64,000 nt of DNA from Chloroflexota bacterium (GTDB lineage Bacteria; Chloroflexota; Anaerolineae; Anaerolineales; UBA11858). Below the pieces are notes generated by a model. It saw nothing but the letters and a program-made list of their open reading frames with translations. It did no database searches and was not told where the DNA came from. The translations under genes were made by a program, and so were the position numbers. How positions within the stretch are numbered: position 1 is the stretch's first letter; each line of letters begins with the position of its first letter. The stretch spans positions 26,064-90,063 of the forward strand of contig JABGRQ010000073.1 of NCBI GenBank assembly GCA_018648225.1. Reading direction: 5' to 3'. Shown here one piece after another: positions 53,928-63,702 of the stretch.

Positions 53928-54923
53928 CTACACGTGATAGCAAGCTGCCTGATGCCCGCCACCTTTATCTTCCAACGGTGGATGGTCATTGCTTTCGCAA
54001 ACTTTGTCGGCCAGCGGACAGCGGTCATAGAAACGGCAGCGCGGAGCCGGATCGACAGGGCGTGAAACGCCCCCCTTAATCTTGATGGGCTCACGCGTGT
54101 AGGTAGGATCAGGCACCGGCACAGCCGAAATCAGCGCTTTAGTATAGGGGTGCTGTGGATTCTGCAACACATCTTCGGTATCACCAATCTCTACAATTTT
54201 ACCCAGATACATAACTGCGATACGATCACACATATAACGAGCCACGGCCAAGTCGTGTGTGATGTAGAGATACGTTACGCCAAAGCGATCGGCCAAATCC
54301 TGCATCAGGTGCATCACGCCTGTTCGCACCGACACATCCAGCATGGAGGTAGGTTCGTCAGCAACCACAAAGTCGGGGTTAATCACCAGAGCGCGCGCAA
54401 TGGCAACACGCTGGCGTTGACCACCCGAAAGTTCGTGAGGATAACGGAATAAGAAGCTGGATGCCGGAGCCAGACCGACAGTTTCGAGTAGATCGGCTAC
54501 GCGGGCCTCACGCTCGGCCACAGAACCCACTCCCTGAACATTGAGCGGTTCAGCAACAGTATCATAAATCGTCAAACGGGGGTTCATCGATTCGTAAGGG
54601 TCCTGGAAGATCATTTGCACACGGCGGCGGAAAATTTTCATTTTCTTACCGCGCATGTGAGCAATATCCACTTGGCCTTCATCCGTATCCAGAATGATAT
54701 TTCCATCGGTGGGATCGAGCAAACGGGTCAGCAGCTTCCCGGTCGTAGTTTTGCCACAACCTGATTCGCCAACCAAGCCTACGCTTTCACCACGTTTGAT
54801 CTGCAAGTTTAGTTCGCTCACTGCATGAACAAAAGAAGCTGCCTGTTTGAAAACGCCCTGCCCAATAGGGAAGAGTTTTGACAGATTTTGCACATCAACG
54901 AGAATATTATTATCTTGTGTCAT
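53928..54923 (-). CDS. Peptide/nickel-type ABC importer ATPase (OppF/DppF-like)
   Basis: Walker [10 protein letters not shown], signature LSGGQRQR and a C-terminal oligopeptide-transporter Cys-rich extension. Start overlaps the upstream stop (TAATG). Confidence 0.9.
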   Translation of the reverse strand: MTQDNNILVDVQNLSKLFPIGQGVFKQAASFVHAVSELNLQIKRGESVGLVGESGCGKTTTGKLLTRLLDPTDGNIILDTDEGQVDIAHMRGKKMKIFRRRVQMIFQDPYESMNPRLTIYDTVAEPLNVQGVGSVAEREARVADLLETVGLAPASSFLFRYPHELSGGQRQRVAIARALVINPDFVVADEPTSMLDVSVRTGVMHLMQDLADRFGVTYLYITHDLAVARYMCDRIAVMYLGKIVEIGDTEDVLQNPQHPYTKALISAVPVPDPTYTREPIKIKGGVSRPVDPAPRCRFYDRCPLADKVCESNDHPPLEDKGGGHQAACYHV

Positions 54924-55894
54924 TATTTTTCGCCTCCCGGATGCCAGCAAGCGGCAAAATGGTCTGCGCCGTGATCTCTAAATTCCGGTTCTTGTTCATG
55001 GCAGATTTCTGTAGCATAGGGGCAGCGCGGATGGAAACGGCAGCCAGAGGGCGGGTTTAGCAGGTCTGGCGGTTCCCCGGCTAGTGTTACCAAATCAGCC
55101 TTCTCACCTACGATAGATGGAAACGAAGACATCAGCGCCATGGTATAAGGGTGAACAGGGCGATGGAAGATAGCTTCGGTACTCGCCATTTCGACCAGTT
55201 TTCCGGCATACATGACACCCACACGTTTACTGACTTCGGCGATCACGGCAATATCGTGAGAGATATAGATCATTGCCATATTCAGTTTTTCCTGAATTTC
55301 GCGCACGCGCTTCAGAATGGCATCCTGAACGATTACATCCAGCGCGGTCGTCGGTTCGTCAGCAATAATAATATCGGGATCACACGAAAGCGCCATAGCA
55401 ATCACCGCACGCTGGCGCATACCGCCGCTGTATTGGTGAGGATACTGATCTTTCAGAGTTGGGTCCAAACCCACAAGAGTGAAAAGATGGTCAATTTTTT
55501 CGTCCATTTCCTTGTCGCTGAGTTGCGGCATATGCTCACGCATCGCTTCAAGGATCTGCTCTTCAACTGTGTAGACCGGGTTCATGGAATTCATCGCCGC
55601 CTGGAATACCATTGAGATATCCTTCCAGCGATATTTATTCATTTCATTATCGGTCAGGGGCACAACATCTGTATCGTTAATTCTGATCTCGCCATTGAGA
55701 ATTTTTGCATTATTGGGCAATAATTTCAACAAGGAAATCGCGATTGATGTTTTCCCACAGCCGGATTCGCCCACCAGGCCAATAGCTTCACCGCGGTCAA
55801 CATGGAAGGTAACACCATCCACGGCAAACACGGGGCCTTTGCGGGTCATATAATGCATCGTCAGGTCATTTACTGCAAGAACTTTTTCTGTCAT
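54923..55894 (-). CDS. Peptide/nickel-type ABC importer ATPase (OppD/DppD-like)
   Basis: Walker [10 protein letters not shown], signature YSGGMRQR, Walker B IIIADEPT. Confidence 0.9.
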   Translation of the reverse strand: MTEKVLAVNDLTMHYMTRKGPVFAVDGVTFHVDRGEAIGLVGESGCGKTSIAISLLKLLPNNAKILNGEIRINDTDVVPLTDNEMNKYRWKDISMVFQAAMNSMNPVYTVEEQILEAMREHMPQLSDKEMDEKIDHLFTLVGLDPTLKDQYPHQYSGGMRQRAVIAMALSCDPDIIIADEPTTALDVIVQDAILKRVREIQEKLNMAMIYISHDIAVIAEVSKRVGVMYAGKLVEMASTEAIFHRPVHPYTMALMSSFPSIVGEKADLVTLAGEPPDLLNPPSGCRFHPRCPYATEICHEQEPEFRDHGADHFAACWHPGGEK

Positions 55895-55926
55895 TTGTAA
55901 TAATCCTGTTTTCTAGCCAGTTCTGG

Positions 55927-56877
55927 TTACCGTTCGCGCAACCGGGGATTCACTACCTCGTCAAGCGCGCGTCCAACCAGATAGAAAGCCGCACACAGAA
56001 GGGTGATCGCCAAGCTGGCCGGGATTAACAGATACCAGGTATCGAAACGCATGAGATACCCGAAAACTTGCGTGGTGTTGATCATCAGACCCCAACTCAT
56101 ATCGATCTCGGTGAGACCAAAGAAGGAAAGCACAGCCTCAGAGAAAATGGCGCTGGTGACAACAAACATCATGTAGAGTAGAGCAATGGGCAGCAAGTTC
56201 GGCACCATGTGGGTAAAGATGATGTGGAAATCGCCACCACCCGAGATGCGGGCGGCTTCGATATAGGGTTTCACCTTCACGGTAAGCGCCTGAGATTTGA
56301 TCACAATAGCCGTTCCCCCAAACCCAGATAGGATCCCAATCACAAGCGCCAACTCGAGCATACCAACATGCATCAAGGCGCTCATCACAATTAGAATGGG
56401 CAAGAACGGCACCATAATCACCAAATCGACCACACGCATCAAGATTACATCAATCACACCGCCATAATAGGCGGATACTGCTCCAATGGTAGTCGCGATC
56501 AAAACCGTTACGAGGGCCGATATCATGCCCAGGGCAAACTCAAAGCGCGTGCTAAACATGAGTTGGCTGAGCACATCGCGCCCCATAGGATCCGTACCCA
56601 AAAGATGTTTGGCGGAGGGAGGTGATGGGTGAAAAGGAATTTCGATATCAAACCCATTGACAGGATCGTAAACTTTTCGTTCCCAGGCCGTATTCATCAA
56701 AATTGGATGTGCCAAAGCAAATAATCCAAAGAAAATGATCAGACCCAGGCCGAGCAATCCGATTGGGTTTTCGGTAAATGTAGCCCAGTTTGTTTTTACA
56801 GACCGCCAAAACAGGCGCAGACGAACCCGCCAGAGTGGGACATAGATTATTTCGGCAGAGGATGAAAGTGTACTCAT
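55927..56877 (-). CDS. Peptide-type ABC importer permease (OppC/DppC-like)
   Basis: BPD-transporter permease pattern with N-terminal HLLGTDPMGRDVLS. Confidence 0.9.
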   Translation of the reverse strand: MSTLSSSAEIIYVPLWRVRLRLFWRSVKTNWATFTENPIGLLGLGLIIFFGLFALAHPILMNTAWERKVYDPVNGFDIEIPFHPSPPSAKHLLGTDPMGRDVLSQLMFSTRFEFALGMISALVTVLIATTIGAVSAYYGGVIDVILMRVVDLVIMVPFLPILIVMSALMHVGMLELALVIGILSGFGGTAIVIKSQALTVKVKPYIEAARISGGGDFHIIFTHMVPNLLPIALLYMMFVVTSAIFSEAVLSFFGLTEIDMSWGLMINTTQVFGYLMRFDTWYLLIPASLAITLLCAAFYLVGRALDEVVNPRLRER

Positions 56878-56899
56878 GATTTATCTCCTAAGTCTCATC

Positions 56900-58063
56900 C
56901 TAGTTATAGCGAATACGCGGATCGAGGAAGGCATAGCCAACATCAGCCACCAGGTGGCTTACCAGCGTCAATAAACCAGTAATGGTGAGCGCCCCCATCG
57001 CCAGGGGAATATCCTCAACCTGCGCAGCTGTAAGCAGAGTCAGGCCAAGTCCCGGCCAGGAAAAGACGGTTTCTGTAATAATACCGCCGCTCACCGAACC
57101 GCCGATGCTAAAGACCAATCCAGTCCACACAGGTAGCAAGGCGTTGCGTGCGGCATGTTTGTCGCGTACAACTTTTTCAGACAGACCTTTGGCGCGTGCG
57201 GTAAGAATATAATCTTCACGCAGGGTTTCCAGCATACTGGTGCGCATCAACAACATCGTACCGCCATAAGCAATCAGGGTGACAGTTAGCACCGGCAGTA
57301 CCAGGTGCTGTAAAATATCCCAGGCATAAGAATTGAAGCCCACAGCCACGAAGCGCCAATATACAAACAGGCCAATCATGGGGACAATAAAACTGATCCA
57401 GCGTCCCAACCTGCGAAGTTGAGTCGACAAGCGAGCGGTAAATACCAACCCAGCCACTAAGACACCCGAAGCAATCAACGCCGACCAGATCATTCGCAAA
57501 AAGACATTGTTGGCGTGAAGGCCTTCAGGGGCATCCAACCAGATAATTGGATCAAGGAATTTGCCCGGTGGCAACCAATCCAGATAAACGGCAAAGAGCC
57601 AGATCATCATCAGAGCAAACCAGGGCGTGAAGACGGTATACAAAATTACGCCAACCAGGGTTGATGAGTACTCCAGCGCACCGCCACGCTTCCATGCCAG
57701 CACTTTTCCTGAGACGTAACCTGCCCAAAACGAAATCACCGATGCAGTCAAAAACAGCACCAGCGTTCGGGGAAGACGTTCGAAAATAATTTCAGTAACG
57801 GGGCGAGGGAACTGGGAAAATGATACCCCCATATCGCCGCGATAAAAATTGCCGACATATTTGAAAAAGCGCTCCACGGGGGGGCGGTCTAAACCCAAAT
57901 CTTGGCGGATACGATCACGTTCCGCCGGAGGAATATCCGGGTTCATCGTGAGCAAGTCTGCGATGTCGCCAGGCTGTGCATCCATTAAGAAGTAGGTTAC
58001 AGTCTGGAACATCAGCAGGGTTATGAACATCTGTAAAAGACGTTTACCTAAAAATTTCCACAT
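56900..58063 (-). CDS. Peptide-type ABC importer permease (OppB/DppB-like)
   Basis: Typical N-terminus MWKFLGKRLLQMFITLL and EAA-like loop (TARAKGLSEKVV). Start at 58063 after AAGGAG; the track ORF extends to 58150. Confidence 0.9.
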   Translation of the reverse strand: MWKFLGKRLLQMFITLLMFQTVTYFLMDAQPGDIADLLTMNPDIPPAERDRIRQDLGLDRPPVERFFKYVGNFYRGDMGVSFSQFPRPVTEIIFERLPRTLVLFLTASVISFWAGYVSGKVLAWKRGGALEYSSTLVGVILYTVFTPWFALMMIWLFAVYLDWLPPGKFLDPIIWLDAPEGLHANNVFLRMIWSALIASGVLVAGLVFTARLSTQLRRLGRWISFIVPMIGLFVYWRFVAVGFNSYAWDILQHLVLPVLTVTLIAYGGTMLLMRTSMLETLREDYILTARAKGLSEKVVRDKHAARNALLPVWTGLVFSIGGSVSGGIITETVFSWPGLGLTLLTAAQVEDIPLAMGALTITGLLTLVSHLVADVGYAFLDPRIRYN

Positions 58064-58374
58064 ATTTTTATTGTCTCCTTCAAATTTTTGCGTACTCTGC
58101 ACTCCGCACCCCTCACCGATGCGAAGCGGAGTGCGGAACACGCAAACCAAAGGATAATTCCTGAATTATTTGTGCTTGCGCAAATCCAAACCTGCGCAGC
58201 AAGAAGTTCACAAAAAAGGGTGTGCATAGAGGGTGCTACCCCAATGCACACCCTTTTTTGTGTTTCTCCCACTATCAGCGAGAGCAATGATTTCAGTTTT
58301 TTTATTTTGGGAGAAGCTTTGATTTAGGAGCGGGCGGAAATCCGCCCGCTCCCGTAATCTCTTACATCCAAAAA

Positions 58375-60459
58375 CTACTTGGAGAGCATAACTTGAGCGT
58401 CAGTCTGCATACCAGTCTGGAACTCAATGCCACCAAGGGATTCGGTGTAGGGGAACACCACGCGCTCGTTGGCGAGATCGTGGGTCTGCTTGTAGAACAA
58501 GTTGATGTAAGGGCGTTCGTCAGCCAGAACTACCTGCATCTGGTAAACAAGTTCCTGGGCGCGGGCGAGGTCGCCAGTGCTCATGAATTCTTCTACCAAG
58601 GCATCATACGTATCGCTCTTAAGACACGGCGTGTTGTAGTTGCCGGTGTCGGCAGTACATTGGCTGCTGTGCCAGAAATCGAAGAAGTAGCTGGGGAAGG
58701 CCACGTTGCCGAGGCTCCAGCCGAGGATATACATATCGTAGTTCGCTTCAACGAACACGGGGCCGAGGATGGTGTTGAAACCGGTCAGTTCAGACTGAAC
58801 GGGCATACCCAGCTCGCGAGCCCACTCGGAGATCCACTGGTTGAAGGTTGCGCGCAGGGGATCGTAAGCGGGGCCAGGGCCGAGGATAGTCAGTTCGGGA
58901 ACTTCTTGTCCATCGGGGCCTGTGACGCCAACACCAGGATCAACATCTTCGGTATCAGCATTGTAGGCGGGGGCAGTTTCCCAAGACCAACCAGCATCGG
59001 TAAGAACCTGAACGGCCAAGTTGACGCGTTCTTCGCGGGTCATACCAACGTAAGGAGTCTCAACATCGGGGTTGTACCAGAAACCATTTCCAGGAGGCAT
59101 GGCCGAGTACATGGGGAAGACAACGCCACCAAGTACGCTGTTGACAACAAATTCTTTGTCAATCACGATATCCATAGCCTGGCGGAACGCGTAATCCGAC
59201 ATGGGGAATTTGTTCATGTTGAAGGCAATGTAGTACATGCCATAGTCGGCGTTGGTGTAGGTTTTAATACCTTCACCGCGTTCAGCCTGTTCGCGCAAAC
59301 CGCGGGAGAGGCCGAGGGGGTTGATTACGTAGTCAACTTCGCCATTGGCCAGAGCCAGGAAAGCAGCATCCTGAGAACCGTAGATGGAGAAGATAATGTT
59401 GGGGCTGTAAGGGCCAGAAGTGTAGCGCAAAGTTTCTTCGCCTTCGGCGGCGCCGTAGAGCATCATTTCGGTGCCATCGGGCATGACTAACATCCAGGTG
59501 CCATCTTCGTACTCAACGATTTCGGCGCCCTTGAAGTAGTAGCCTTCATTGGCAGTGCGCTGCACGAACGCGCCAGCTTCCCATTTGTCGGTGGTATAAC
59601 CACCAGCGGAGGGAGCGTCAGTCGCATCGGCTTCGTACAAGGTGGTGCGAGCATTGGTATATGCTTCATCATAGGTAGCATAGGCGGCACAAGCATCAGC
59701 ATCGGCGCCTTCGGCTTCGCAGTCTTCGGGGCGCTCAACTTCAGGAGCAACTATGCCATCAATGAAGGCATAAGCTTCAGCAACACCAGCAGCCCAGTAG
59801 TGTTCGGGCAGAATCGGAGCCAAAGCAATACCAGCCTGCCAAGTACCCAGGGAGGGGGCTTCGGCAAAGGTGTACACAACAGTATATTCGTCAGCCGCTT
59901 CGGCGGTAACGTCAACACCATTGGGTGAACACTGGTTGGGCCAGTTCTGGGTCAATTTGAGGTCTTTACAAGCGTTGTGGGTGAAGACCACGTCATCAGC
60001 GGTGAGGGCTTCGCCATCGCTCCAAGTTGATGCAACCATCTCAACGGTGATCGTCCAGGTGCCATCGCCATTGTCCACAGCTTCGGGAACTGCCTTAGCC
60101 AGGGAGGGGATGAAATCGAAACGAACATCGGAGAGGCCGAACAGAGCAGGAGCCTGACCAGCAAGCACGTACTGAGTCCAAACCGAACTGCCTGGTCCAA
60201 GGTAGTTCCAGTAGTTCAACGAAACAGGCTCTTCGAAGATAGCAATGCGATAAGCATCACAGCATTCGCCGCCAGCGGGAACTTCTTCCATTGCCGGGGC
60301 TTCGGCTTCAACTTCGACGACCACGGTTTCAACAATGGTCTCGCCTTCTTTTTCAACGATCACAGTTTCAATGACTGTGACAGTCTCGGGAGCGCAGGCC
60401 GCCAATGCGAGGCTGGCGATCACTAGGATACCGAGAACTAAATAGAATTTTTTAGACAT
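58375..60459 (-). CDS. ABC family-5 (peptide/oligosaccharide-type) substrate-binding lipoprotein
   Basis: Lipobox LALAAC. Size and sequence pattern of a family-5 SBP. RBS GGAGGAG. Confidence 0.88.
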   Translation of the reverse strand: MSKKFYLVLGILVIASLALAACAPETVTVIETVIVEKEGETIVETVVVEVEAEAPAMEEVPAGGECCDAYRIAIFEEPVSLNYWNYLGPGSSVWTQYVLAGQAPALFGLSDVRFDFIPSLAKAVPEAVDNGDGTWTITVEMVASTWSDGEALTADDVVFTHNACKDLKLTQNWPNQCSPNGVDVTAEAADEYTVVYTFAEAPSLGTWQAGIALAPILPEHYWAAGVAEAYAFIDGIVAPEVERPEDCEAEGADADACAAYATYDEAYTNARTTLYEADATDAPSAGGYTTDKWEAGAFVQRTANEGYYFKGAEIVEYEDGTWMLVMPDGTEMMLYGAAEGEETLRYTSGPYSPNIIFSIYGSQDAAFLALANGEVDYVINPLGLSRGLREQAERGEGIKTYTNADYGMYYIAFNMNKFPMSDYAFRQAMDIVIDKEFVVNSVLGGVVFPMYSAMPPGNGFWYNPDVETPYVGMTREERVNLAVQVLTDAGWSWETAPAYNADTEDVDPGVGVTGPDGQEVPELTILGPGPAYDPLRATFNQWISEWARELGMPVQSELTGFNTILGPVFVEANYDMYILGWSLGNVAFPSYFFDFWHSSQCTADTGNYNTPCLKSDTYDALVEEFMSTGDLARAQELVYQMQVVLADERPYINLFYKQTHDLANERVVFPYTESLGGIEFQTGMQTDAQVMLSK

Positions 60460-60619
60460 TTTCCTTACTCCTCCATTTGGATTAGGTAAATGGGTTTGAT
60501 TTTTTTCGTACAGGTGTGTGTTCAGATTACAGTCTCAATCTTGGCAGGCACCACCTCCTTATGGGTTACACTATGCAGTAAATTTCTAGAACTTCAGGAT
60601 CTACTGTGAGAAATCTCAT

Positions 60620-60693
60620 ATTTAGGGGTACGCAGCAGACAAAACCCGCTGCATACCCCTAAATACGGACACCCACTATTCAATTCCTAAAGA
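60620..60693 (-). repeat. Box-plus-GGGGT-hairpin element, copy D (candidate sRNA or leader)
   Basis: On the minus strand: TCTTTAGGAA (60693-60684), then the hairpin ATTTAGGGGTA..TACCCCTAAAT (60664-60620). TGTTATAAT lies at 60774-60766. Confidence 0.6.
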
Positions 60694-60831
60694 GCCAAAA
60701 TTTCTCGGGCGCTATGCTGCGATTGTGTCGTTTTTGTGGTACAGCGCCCACTTACTAGCCAAGCGATTATAACATAACTAAAACTTGCCTAATAGCCATA
60801 AGCAACGCCAAAAAATGGCGCTAAATCTTCA

Positions 60832-62772
60832 TCACGGTCTACAATCATCCTTACCGGCAAAACTTTCAATATTCATTAAATTCAATTGTATATCCATTGT
60901 GCCGGGTCTTGCACAAATATCCGTGTGGTATGCGGAAATTTCCGGGTTCCAATACAATGGCACGGCAGGCAAATCTTGCGCGAAAACCATCTGTGCCCGC
61001 TGTTGGGCTTGCAAATATTCCGGCGTATCGGGCAAGGTTGTTTGCGCGGTGCGACAAGCCTGATCGAATTCAGGGTTGCTATAACCGGCAATATTCCCGC
61101 CGCCCCAACCTTTTGCAAAATCGGGCAACGGGCCGGGGATTTCGTCACTGGTGAACAGGAAACAAGGCGCGATCTGCCCGATCGACCAGGCAAATTGCGC
61201 CATATCGAAGCGCCGTCCGAAGACTGCACCATCTGGGCCAGGGCTGAGGAATTGCTCCCAGGGTTGAGTTTTTATATTGACGTGGATGCCGCACTCGCTC
61301 AGTGAGGCCTGCACCCAATTGGCGGCTGCCTGTCTCGGGGGGTCTTCGGGCACCCAATAATCAAACGCAAAGGGGGAACCATCGGCAATATCGGTGCGGC
61401 CCAGCGCAGTGAGGGGTGTATCTGCATTCTGATCGCTATCTACCCAGCCGACGCTGGCGAGAAGTTCCAAAGCCGCCTGGGGATCGTAGGGATAGGTGGG
61501 TAATTCGGCGGGAAACAGTATATGCTCCGCGGGTAGATAGCCATCGGATGCGGCTGCCAACCCTGAAAGGAGTCCGTCCACCATCCCCTGACGATCTATG
61601 CACATAGCAATCGCCTGGCGCACTTCCCGGCTGGCAAAGAAATCCGCCCGTTCTTCACTGAAAGTATCCAGACCAAACACGGCTTGCTCCCACGAAGTGT
61701 CATTTTCAACATACAGACCAATCTGACCGCCTGACTGGGCTTCGAGCAGCCGCGGGGCATCATCCAGCGTGAGGGCGGTTTGGTCGATATAATCACACTC
61801 GCCAACCAGTAACGTATCAACTGCGGCCGAACCGCCATCGACAAAGCGGAAGACGAGATACTCGAAACGCGGCAAACCCTCCGCACTGCGGAAATAATTT
61901 TCGTTGCGATGCAAGGTAATATGATCGCCGGAGATCCATTCTTCGAACGCATAGGCTCCCCATCCCAAAGGATTGCGAGCAGCCAACTCGGAAGTCGGCA
62001 AGATATTCATATCGATTGCGCCCAGAATATGCTCTGGCAACGGAGAGAAGAAATTGGTAGCGTAGGCCCCCTGATACCCCGGAATGGCGAACCACTCGAC
62101 AGTTTGGGCATCGAGTGCGGTGTAACTTTGCGTATACCGCAAAGCATCTGATACGTTGCCATAAAAAGCCTGCGCAATATTGAATGAATAAACTGAATCT
62201 TGCGCCGTAAGGGGAGTGCCGTCCGACCAGAGCAAACCCGGCAAAAGGCGAAAACGCACAGCTAACGCGTCCATCAGCACGGATTGGTCTCCGGCATATG
62301 CCTGAGCGCAATCTGCACTGGTGCATCCGCTAGGGCGATAGCGAGTTTGTTCATTAAGAGTAACCCAATGACCCTCCGCATCTACAATAACATCGCCTTT
62401 TACGACTTCAACCGGGCGCAGTTCTGCATCCCCATTTTGCAGGGAGGGGATGCGCTCCAGAATAACCGGTTGAACTTGACCATGATTGCGATCAAAGGGG
62501 CCATCATAAATGGCCTGTAAAATGCCGCGGGCTGCCGCGGTTGTATCGGCATACATGAATAGCGATGAAGGCTCCTGCCCCATGCACACCGTTAGCACAC
62601 TGGGTGGTTCAGGTGTGGGGCTAGGTTCCGGGGTAGCTGAAGTAATGGCTTCAACCAACGCTTGTACTGTAAGATCCACACCGGGTTCTTCGGGTGTTGG
62701 TGCAGGAGTACAGGCTGTTAATATTCCCAAAATGATGGTCAGGACGAAGAATGGACGGATGGCTTTGAACAT
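60832..62772 (-). CDS. ABC family-5 substrate-binding lipoprotein (second copy)
   Basis: Lipobox LGILTAC, a Pro/Thr/Glu linker and a family-5 SBP-like body. Confidence 0.85.
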   Translation of the reverse strand: MFKAIRPFFVLTIILGILTACTPAPTPEEPGVDLTVQALVEAITSATPEPSPTPEPPSVLTVCMGQEPSSLFMYADTTAAARGILQAIYDGPFDRNHGQVQPVILERIPSLQNGDAELRPVEVVKGDVIVDAEGHWVTLNEQTRYRPSGCTSADCAQAYAGDQSVLMDALAVRFRLLPGLLWSDGTPLTAQDSVYSFNIAQAFYGNVSDALRYTQSYTALDAQTVEWFAIPGYQGAYATNFFSPLPEHILGAIDMNILPTSELAARNPLGWGAYAFEEWISGDHITLHRNENYFRSAEGLPRFEYLVFRFVDGGSAAVDTLLVGECDYIDQTALTLDDAPRLLEAQSGGQIGLYVENDTSWEQAVFGLDTFSEERADFFASREVRQAIAMCIDRQGMVDGLLSGLAAASDGYLPAEHILFPAELPTYPYDPQAALELLASVGWVDSDQNADTPLTALGRTDIADGSPFAFDYWVPEDPPRQAAANWVQASLSECGIHVNIKTQPWEQFLSPGPDGAVFGRRFDMAQFAWSIGQIAPCFLFTSDEIPGPLPDFAKGWGGGNIAGYSNPEFDQACRTAQTTLPDTPEYLQAQQRAQMVFAQDLPAVPLYWNPEISAYHTDICARPGTMDIQLNLMNIESFAGKDDCRP

Positions 62773-62790
62773 AATTTCAAAATAAAAAAC

Positions 62791-62839
62791 GAAAAGCGGC
62801 TGCGCATAAGGGGTGCGCCCTTATGCGCAGCCGCTTTTC
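62791..62839 (-). terminator. Terminator after the ECF sigma operon
   Basis: 22-bp perfect stem GAAAAGCGGCTGCGCATAAGGG and its complement. On the minus strand it is followed by TTTTCGTTTTTTATTTT. Confidence 0.6.
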
Positions 62840-62870
62840 GATAATCTCCCAATTTTTGGCAAGGCAATAC

Positions 62871-63134
62871 CTATAAAATCAATACGCCCATCTGGAGCGA
62901 ATAGGCTGTTGCATGAGCAAAACGGTCAAATGAAGAAGCATTATATTCGCGGTTGAATACCAAATTTACCATTGGAATAAACCAGGAAATTTGGGTGGAT
63001 GATTTTTTCTGCACCGTTCGCAGTATGCGCGTTTTTATATCGACGGGGGGCGACTTTTGATTCAGCCACTGCTTCATGCTACGACGCAGCCTGTGATCGA
63101 AAAGTTCTTGATTCTGTTTTTTATGTGAATTCAT
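62871..63134 (-). CDS. Small protein overlapping the ECF sigma stop (anti-sigma candidate)
   Basis: An ATG at 63134 overlaps the sigma gene end by 14 nt. One hydrophobic segment (ISWFIPMVNLVF). No family recognised. Confidence 0.4.
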   Translation of the reverse strand: MNSHKKQNQELFDHRLRRSMKQWLNQKSPPVDIKTRILRTVQKKSSTQISWFIPMVNLVFNREYNASSFDRFAHATAYSLQMGVLIL

Positions 63135-63702
63135 ATTGAACTTTCCTAATGCTGATGTCGTTTTCCACTTCCAGTTGTGCTTTGAGCGTTTTGCGTCCAT
63201 AATGTAAACGCGATTTGACGGTTCCAACTGGGATTTCAAGCACTGCTGAAATCTCATCTAATGACAGATCACTAAAGTAATGCAACACAATTACTACCCG
63301 GTGTCGAAACGGTAATGTAGCAACTGCGGAGGCAACATGCTGCCACTCTTCGTTTTTTTCTACCTGGAAAGCAGGTGATTGCTTTTTACTTCCCTTAAGC
63401 CATTCGGCCATTTCATCAATGGAATGAAAAAGCCATCGTTTGCGGCGCTTGATCCAGGTATAGGTTAAATTGGTCGTTACCCGATATAACCAGGGTTCTA
63501 ATGGTCGCTCCGGATCAATATGGTGTGAAAAGCGATGAATGCGCAAAAACACATCCTGCAACAAATCGGCGGCGGCAGCATCATCGCCAGTAATTGCCAA
63601 CGCGGTACGATAAACGATATGCTGATACCGGTCGTATAAAGTACCTAGTGCATCCAGGTTTCCGCTCTGGAGCTGTAAAACCAATTCGCGGTCGCTATTC
63701 AA
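63121..63702 (-). CDS. ECF-type sigma-70 family factor
   Basis: Region 2 (YDRYQHIVYRTALAITGDDAAAADLLQDVFLRI) and region 4 (LSLDEISAVLEIPVGTVKSRL). TTG start after AAGGAA. Confidence 0.85.
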   Translation of the reverse strand: MNSDRELVLQLQSGNLDALGTLYDRYQHIVYRTALAITGDDAAAADLLQDVFLRIHRFSHHIDPERPLEPWLYRVTTNLTYTWIKRRKRWLFHSIDEMAEWLKGSKKQSPAFQVEKNEEWQHVASAVATLPFRHRVVIVLHYFSDLSLDEISAVLEIPVGTVKSRLHYGRKTLKAQLEVENDISIRKVQYEFT

